Positions 58,595 through 64,000 of a stretch of 64,000 nt of DNA are shown here, piece after piece. The stretch covers positions 3,584,001 through 3,648,000 of the forward strand of contig OZ223209.1 of the NCBI GenBank assembly GCA_965140415.1. The letters run 5' to 3'. Both the position numbers and the translations under genes were made by a program. A model generated the notes under the pieces. The model saw only the letters and a list, made by a program, of their open reading frames with translations, made no database searches and was not told the DNA's origin. The DNA comes from Myxococcota bacterium. GTDB taxonomy: Bacteria > Myxococcota_A > SURF-8. Numbering within the stretch: position 1 is the first letter of the stretch; every line of letters starts with the position of its first letter.

Positions 58595-59566
58595 ATGACC
58601 AGATTATGCGTGGGAATCGATATCGGCGGCACAAATTTGAAAGCCGGATTGCTGACCAATAAAGGCACCTTGCTGGAAGAACACCATATCCCCCTGGAAG
58701 AAGCGGATAAAACAGAGCAAGGTATTCTGGATGCCACTCTCAGTGGCTTGAAAAAACTGCTTGCCATCAGTGGCTTCGGTCTGGACTCCATTGTGGGTGT
58801 GGGCATCGGAGCGGCTGGAGTAATCGACAATAAAAAGGGGATCATCACCAAGTCGCCGAACTTCCCCGCTTGGAATAACTTTGCGTTCACCAAACGCCTG
58901 TCCGACAAACTGGGCGGCATGCTGGTCACGATGGAGAACGATGTCAACGCCATCGCACGCGGAGAACAATGGTGCGGAGCGCTAAAAGGTGAAAAGAATT
59001 TCATCGCCATGGCGCTCGGCACGGGTTTGGGTGGCGCCCTGTGCCTGGATGGGCACATCTGGACCGGCGTAGATGGCATGGCGGGCGAACTGGGTCACAT
59101 TTGCATCGACCCGGACGGTCCCCCTTGCAATTGCGGCTCCAACGGCTGCCTGGAAACGTTTGCCAGCGCCAACAGCCTGATCCGGCGTGTAAAAGAGGAC
59201 GACTTCCGGGATGTACTGGACAAAGTGCAAAACGAATGCGGCATCCCACACGAACTCGCCTTGATGGCCGAAGAAGGCAATCCCCAGGCACAGAAATACT
59301 GGGACGAAGTTGGTCGGGCTATCGGACAGGCTCTCGCGGGTCTGTTGAACATTTTGAATCTCAAGCTGATTCTCTTTGGTGGCGGTCTGGGAAAATCCTT
59401 CAAGCTGTTTTTCCCTGCCATGGAACAGGAAATGCAAAAGCGCGCCTATCCTGCCGTGTGGGCGGGAGTGGAATTCCGCACGAGCCAATTATGGGAAGGC
59501 GCGGGTATTTACGGTGCAGCGGCATACCTGCTTCATGAACTGCGCAAGCAAGAGAAAAAACTGTAA
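58595..59566 (+). CDS. ROK-family sugar kinase (glucokinase-like)
   Basis: ATG 58595 after AGGAG; GIDIGGT, ENDVN, LGTGLGG, GELGH, CNCGSNGCLE. Confidence 0.92.
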   Translation: MTRLCVGIDIGGTNLKAGLLTNKGTLLEEHHIPLEEADKTEQGILDATLSGLKKLLAISGFGLDSIVGVGIGAAGVIDNKKGIITKSPNFPAWNNFAFTKRLSDKLGGMLVTMENDVNAIARGEQWCGALKGEKNFIAMALGTGLGGALCLDGHIWTGVDGMAGELGHICIDPDGPPCNCGSNGCLETFASANSLIRRVKEDDFRDVLDKVQNECGIPHELALMAEEGNPQAQKYWDEVGRAIGQALAGLLNILNLKLILFGGGLGKSFKLFFPAMEQEMQKRAYPAVWAGVEFRTSQLWEGAGIYGAAAYLLHELRKQEKKL

Positions 59567-59586
59567 CAGTTTCAAAAGGAAAAACC

Positions 59587-60018
59587 ATGGCAGTACAGAC
59601 CAAGATTCAACAGGTTCACGTCGCCCGCCTAAAAGCAGGTGGAGACTTGTTAACGGAAATACACGAGTTTTGCCAGAATAATGGTATTCAGTTTGGAATG
59701 GTATCGATCATCGGCGCACTAAAGAATGCTACGCTGGGTGCCTATGACTTCGAGCAGAACGCATATTCGACATTCACCATCGACCACACCATCGAAATTC
59801 TACACTGCACGGGCAATATTTCCATGCTTGATGGCAAACCCTTCGCTCATCTGCATGCAACCGTGAGCGGCCATGATGGCAAGGCGCTGGGAGGGCATGT
59901 CTTCGAAGGTTGTGAAATCGCCGTAGCGGAATGCATCATTCAGCAGTTTGAAGGACCAGCCCTGCTGCGAGAGGAAGATCCGGTTACCGGACTAAAACTC
60001 TGGAAAGCGGAAAGCTAG
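59587..60018 (+). CDS. DUF296 (PPC/AF0104) family protein
   Basis: RLKAGGDL, IGAL, EILHCTGNIS, FAHLHA, GGHV. Confidence 0.88.
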   Translation: MAVQTKIQQVHVARLKAGGDLLTEIHEFCQNNGIQFGMVSIIGALKNATLGAYDFEQNAYSTFTIDHTIEILHCTGNISMLDGKPFAHLHATVSGHDGKALGGHVFEGCEIAVAECIIQQFEGPALLREEDPVTGLKLWKAES

Positions 60019-60025
60019 CGTAACA

Positions 60026-62470
60026 TCAGCCGATTCCGATTAAATTCAAGCGTTCCAGCCAACGACTTTCGAACTGCTGCCGAATTTTTTCGTGCTCGGG
60101 TTGGCGCAATTCTGGATCTTGTTCGATCAGCCATTGTGCCACTTCTCGTGCTTCTTGTAGAATGTGCTGATGTCGAATCAAATTAGCGTGGACAAACAGT
60201 GGCGTACCGGTCTGGCGCGTTCCTAAAAAATCTCCCGGTCCACGAATTTCCAGATCCTTTTCGGCTATACGAAAACCATCCGTCGTTTGCTCCATGATAG
60301 CCAGCCGTTCCCGTGCATCATCGGAAACATGCTCACACATCAGATAGCAATAGGACTCGCTCTTGCCGCGCCCGACTCGCCCTCGCAACTGATGTAGCTG
60401 AGCCAGCCCGAATCGCTCCGCGTGCTGCACCACCATCACGGTAGCATTGGGCACATCCACCCCGACTTCCACTACCGTTGTGGACACCAGAATATCGTAC
60501 ACGCCCTCCAAGAAGGCCCGCATGACGCTGTCTTTATCGATTCGCGACATCCGCCCGTGCAGCAGACCGACGGTAAACTCCGGAAATACGGCACGCAAAC
60601 GCTCCCATTCGCTTTCCGCATCCTTCAAGTCCATCTTTTCCGATTCGGAAACCAGCGGAGTGATAACGTATACCTGCCGCCCGGCCTGCACTTCCTTTTT
60701 TAATTTCCGCTCGACCACACTTTGTTCGGACATCCACAGCACTTCGGTAATGATCGGACGACGCCCCTTGGGTAATTCGTCCAGTATGGAAACATCCAAA
60801 TCACCATATACCGTCAAGGAAAGCGAACGCGGAATCGGTGTGGCCGTCATGACGAGACAATCGGGCAGCATTCCTTTGGAACGAAGATTCGCTCGCTGAT
60901 CCACCCCGAAACGATGCTGCTCATCTACAATGACATAACCCAGTTTCTTAAACTCCACCCCTTTCTGGATCAGCGCGTGCGTGCCGATTACGAAATCGAT
61001 CTCACCCGATTGAATATCTTCATAGATCGCCAGTTTATCCGAGCGACGAATGTCGGAAGTCAATAGTTCTACACGCAAGTCCAACGGAGCGCAAAGTTCC
61101 GAGATACTACGATAATGCTGCTCGGCCAGAATTTCGGTGGGAGCCATCAGCGCCACCTGATAACCGTTCTCCACAATCAAGAGCGCCGTTAACACGGCGA
61201 CCACGGTCTTCCCCGACCCGACATCACCCTGTAATAGACGATTCATTGGGCTTGGGGATACTAGATCTTCCACAATCTCCGAAATTACACGGCGTTGCGC
61301 GTCGGTCAACTGATGAGGAAAGCGCTTGTAAAACGCCTTGGCCAAGGTGTTCAAGCGACGATGTGCTACTCCTTGTGAGCTTTTAACCGCACCACGTTTC
61401 TGCATCAGCGCTAGTTGCACAAAGAAAAACTCATCGAACACCAAGCGGCGTTGATAAGGACTCTCACCCAAATTCAACTTGGCCGCATCTACCTGATCGC
61501 CCGGGTGGTGCAGGTAGCGCAAAGTCTCCAACAAATCAGGTAAATTCGCGCGCTTTCGCAACTCTGCGGGGAATGGATCTTCCAACAACTGCAAGTAATC
61601 CACCAGAGCCTGTTGAACGATCTCACTTAGTTGGCGAGCGGCAATCCCCTTGATTTCCGGATATACCGGGCGAATCAGATGACCTTCACGCATTGGAGTA
61701 TCGCTGGCCAACTCGATTTCCGGATGCACGATCTGGTGACGACCTCGAAACGCATTGATCTTACCGGCAATTCGGACCTTGTCTCCCACTTTGAAACGAT
61801 TGGGAATGGCATTGCCCCCATAATGAAACCAACTACAGGTGACCGTGCCGGTAGCATCCTGAACCACAAGTTCAAACGGCTTTTTTAAATAGGGTTTCCA
61901 ATTGGCGCTCATGGTCATGATGGTGCCAACGGCCTGGCCGAATTCACCGACTTCCAAGGCCGAAATGCGACTGACCTGCCGTAAATCCACCCAACGTGTC
62001 GGCAAAAAATAAAGCAGGTCTTCCACAGTGGCAATGCTTCGGGCTGCGAAATGCTCGGCGAGACGCGGTCCGACTCCCTTCAAGAATTGAACGGAATTGA
62101 ATAAAGGACGACGGTCCAACTGCAATTTTCCACCATGGGTAGAGGTGTCTGGCGGAGCAACCTTGCGATGCGCCAACTCCTCCAGTCGATCCAATACGGC
62201 CAGAACGTCAAGCAGACGCCTGCGCTTCTCACCAGCGGAAAGCGTTTCAAAATCTTCTAGTAAGTTGGAAAGTTTCGAAATTTTTTCTTGGAAGGTTTTA
62301 GGAAGCTCCAAGTTGCACAATGGAACGACATCTTGTAACAGACGCTTGGAAAGCCCCCCGATTTGGTCGATGGATTCAAAATTCCGGCGAGCCAGGACAA
62401 CCAGTGGTCGTCGAAGTGAGGGGATGGCTTGAAGCAGCCGTTCCTTGTTCGACCTGGTTGCCTTTGCCAT
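60026..62470 (-). CDS. recG: ATP-dependent DNA helicase RecG
   Basis: KGVGP, QGDVGSGKT, PTEILAEQH, DEQHRFG, TATPIPR, GLAQLHQLRGRVGR, RGPG. Confidence 0.98.
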   Translation of the reverse strand: MAKATRSNKERLLQAIPSLRRPLVVLARRNFESIDQIGGLSKRLLQDVVPLCNLELPKTFQEKISKLSNLLEDFETLSAGEKRRRLLDVLAVLDRLEELAHRKVAPPDTSTHGGKLQLDRRPLFNSVQFLKGVGPRLAEHFAARSIATVEDLLYFLPTRWVDLRQVSRISALEVGEFGQAVGTIMTMSANWKPYLKKPFELVVQDATGTVTCSWFHYGGNAIPNRFKVGDKVRIAGKINAFRGRHQIVHPEIELASDTPMREGHLIRPVYPEIKGIAARQLSEIVQQALVDYLQLLEDPFPAELRKRANLPDLLETLRYLHHPGDQVDAAKLNLGESPYQRRLVFDEFFFVQLALMQKRGAVKSSQGVAHRRLNTLAKAFYKRFPHQLTDAQRRVISEIVEDLVSPSPMNRLLQGDVGSGKTVVAVLTALLIVENGYQVALMAPTEILAEQHYRSISELCAPLDLRVELLTSDIRRSDKLAIYEDIQSGEIDFVIGTHALIQKGVEFKKLGYVIVDEQHRFGVDQRANLRSKGMLPDCLVMTATPIPRSLSLTVYGDLDVSILDELPKGRRPIITEVLWMSEQSVVERKLKKEVQAGRQVYVITPLVSESEKMDLKDAESEWERLRAVFPEFTVGLLHGRMSRIDKDSVMRAFLEGVYDILVSTTVVEVGVDVPNATVMVVQHAERFGLAQLHQLRGRVGRGKSESYCYLMCEHVSDDARERLAIMEQTTDGFRIAEKDLEIRGPGDFLGTRQTGTPLFVHANLIRHQHILQEAREVAQWLIEQDPELRQPEHEKIRQQFESRWLERLNLIGIG

Positions 62471-62472
62471 AG

Positions 62473-62955
62473 CTACCCGACGTACTCCACATCGACGATC
62501 TCGAAACGTCTAAGACCATTAGGTGTCTTCACGCGAACTTCATCGCCCTGAGAACGATTGATCATCGCACGTGCAATAGCGGATTCGATGCTGATCAGAC
62601 CTTTTTCCCAACTGGCTTCGTAATTGCCTACAATCTGATACCGTTCCTCTTTTTCCGTTTCCAAATCGAACAGAGTCACGGTGGCACCAAACATCACACG
62701 ATCACCGGAAAGTTTAGAAGGATCGATTACTTCCGCCCGACTCAGACGACTTTCATAGTCCTTGATTTGAGCTTCGATCAGTCCTTGCTTGTCTTTGGCA
62801 TACTGGTATTCCGCATTCTCTGAAAGATCTCCGTGAGCGCGCGCAACTTCGATTTCACGAACAATTGCCGGACGCTCCACCGATTTCAGATGGTCCAGTT
62901 CCTGTTTCATCCGTCGCTTGCCGTCCGGCGTCATTGGCACTCGTTCGTCGCTCAT
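62473..62955 (-). CDS. greA: Transcription elongation factor GreA
   Basis: ARAHGDLSENAEY, FGATVTL, YQIVG, ISIESAIARA. Confidence 0.96.
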   Translation of the reverse strand: MSDERVPMTPDGKRRMKQELDHLKSVERPAIVREIEVARAHGDLSENAEYQYAKDKQGLIEAQIKDYESRLSRAEVIDPSKLSGDRVMFGATVTLFDLETEKEERYQIVGNYEASWEKGLISIESAIARAMINRSQGDEVRVKTPNGLRRFEIVDVEYVG

Positions 62956-63056
62956 ATCTCTCTCCTCATTATCACCCTATTCGAGATCGAAGTTCCGTTT
63001 ATCCGACTCGTCCGATTTATTCTCGGATCGCCTTTCCGTCGGCAGATTGAACAGCG

Positions 63057-63085
63057 TTTATAGCAAGTGTTGGAAACAGATGCAA
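63057..63085 (-). promoter_or_regulatory. Sigma70 promoter of greA-recG
   Basis: Minus strand TTGCAT-N17-TATAAA with a TG extension. Confidence 0.55.
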
Positions 63086-63105
63086 CGGTGAAGTGTTTTT
63101 TTTCA

Positions 63106-63519
63106 CTACTCAATCTCATCAATATCGTCAGAGGAATACGGTTGGTATTCCGTTGCCTCTTCACATGCATCCGGCGCGACATAAAGCACAATCAACTTAT
63201 CGTGGCAATACCCATCGAAACGAAAGATATCATGGCCGTTTTTCGATTTCACAGTTACATCTTCCGTCTTTTTTTCCAACCCATCTTCAATGGAAGTATG
63301 AAAGCGCTGCCCATTGGCACAATAGAGCTTCTGTGCAATGATCGGCAGTTCCGCCATTCCACATAACGGGATCGGTTTTTCTGCTGAAGTATTCAATTCA
63401 TCCACGATAATACGTCCATCAGAGGTTCCCTTGCCGTACGGGTTGTAGCGCGCGCAAGAAAACTGTAGACCAAGTATCCAGCAAGACACTGCGAATAAAA
63501 GCAAATATGTGAATTTCAT
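63106..63519 (-). CDS. Small Cys-containing putative lipoprotein (137 aa)
   Basis: Probable ATG at 63519: MKFTYLLLFAVSCWILGLQFSC, then four further Cys and an acidic tail. Confidence 0.55.
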   Translation of the reverse strand: MKFTYLLLFAVSCWILGLQFSCARYNPYGKGTSDGRIIVDELNTSAEKPIPLCGMAELPIIAQKLYCANGQRFHTSIEDGLEKKTEDVTVKSKNGHDIFRFDGYCHDKLIVLYVAPDACEEATEYQPYSSDDIDEIE

Positions 63520-63929
63520 CCCAAATCTGCTGCTGCGAGACTTAAAAGGATGGAACAAAAGCATACGATTCATAGTTGAACACCTTATGTGGCTGTGATA
63601 GGATGCCTCCGACTGGCAAGGTCCAGTCGCTTTGTATGAAAGGGAAACATCTGTAATCAGCGCCAAATCCCTTTCTTATAAATGACATTGGATTGTAGCG
63701 GCAGCTCCAATCCGGGTCAAGCCAAAGGCGAAAAACGTTTAAAATACAGGGGAACAGGTCGTTATTCCGACAATCTGGCATGGCAGAGGGATTTGGGTTA
63801 ACAAAATTTTAACTTGATTTTTCCGCGCCTATGCTTACTCTGCCATAAACTGTTCTAGAAGCAGATTCGTCCACTCGCCTCTTTTGACCTTTGGCGCTCC
63901 ACATTCGGAAAGGGACTCGCTTAAATAGC

Positions 63930-64000
63930 ATGGAAAAAGTGAAAGAATTCTCAGTACCGAATTGGTTCCGATTCCTCATCTTGCTTCTTCTGCTGTATTT
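63930..64000 (+). CDS. Start of a membrane protein (partial)
   Basis: MEKVKEFSVPNWFRFLILLLLLY is open to the window end. Confidence 0.5.
   Translation, partial: MEKVKEFSVPNWFRFLILLLLLY

Noticed and set aside
63715-63889. Nested stems (GGTCAA/TTGACC, AGGCGA/TCGCCT, GAACAG/CTGTTC, ATGGCAGAG/CTCTGCCAT) suggesting 6S RNA
   Set aside because: Pairing is sparse, a promoter and Pho-box-like site lie inside, and the usual zapA/ygfA/rny context is absent. An Rfam scan would settle it.

Overview
A 64 kb chromosomal segment (about 50% GC) from a diderm bacterium. The gene content and the Cys/Asp-rich lipoproteins suggest a Myxococcota/deltaproteobacteria-like lineage (inference). No CRISPR array, rRNA, tRNA, transposase or phage genes are visible. 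Housekeeping content: a TCA cluster (gltA, acnA, lpdA, sucB, sucA, mdh, a divergent mdh paralog, icd), phoBR, rnpB, phoH-7TM/HD-ybeY-lnt, nfnAB, an rlmL-like gene, pgi, tilS, lolC/E, a ROK kinase, recG and greA. Interleaved is a set of large acidic, Cys-rich lipoproteins, most carrying Asp-Gly-Asp (DGD) repeat linkers. Their cargo domains are oddly rewired: an apparently circularly permuted alpha/beta-hydrolase, a C45-like Ntn hydrolase with Ser in the nucleophile position paired with an outer-membrane barrel, a DUF2961/GH172 domain with an altered catalytic motif, a six-PPC protein with no enzyme domain, and a CAP protein lacking its metal ligands. Other highlights are a tandem MDH paralog missing the catalytic Asp and the NAD-binding Asn, an unannotated 51-aa zinc-finger-like sORF divergent from phoB, two Pho-box-like 11-bp repeats, a solitary AT-rich HEPN-like gene and a long hairpin leader abutting an RBS. 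All family calls come from motif recognition by eye, not from database searches.
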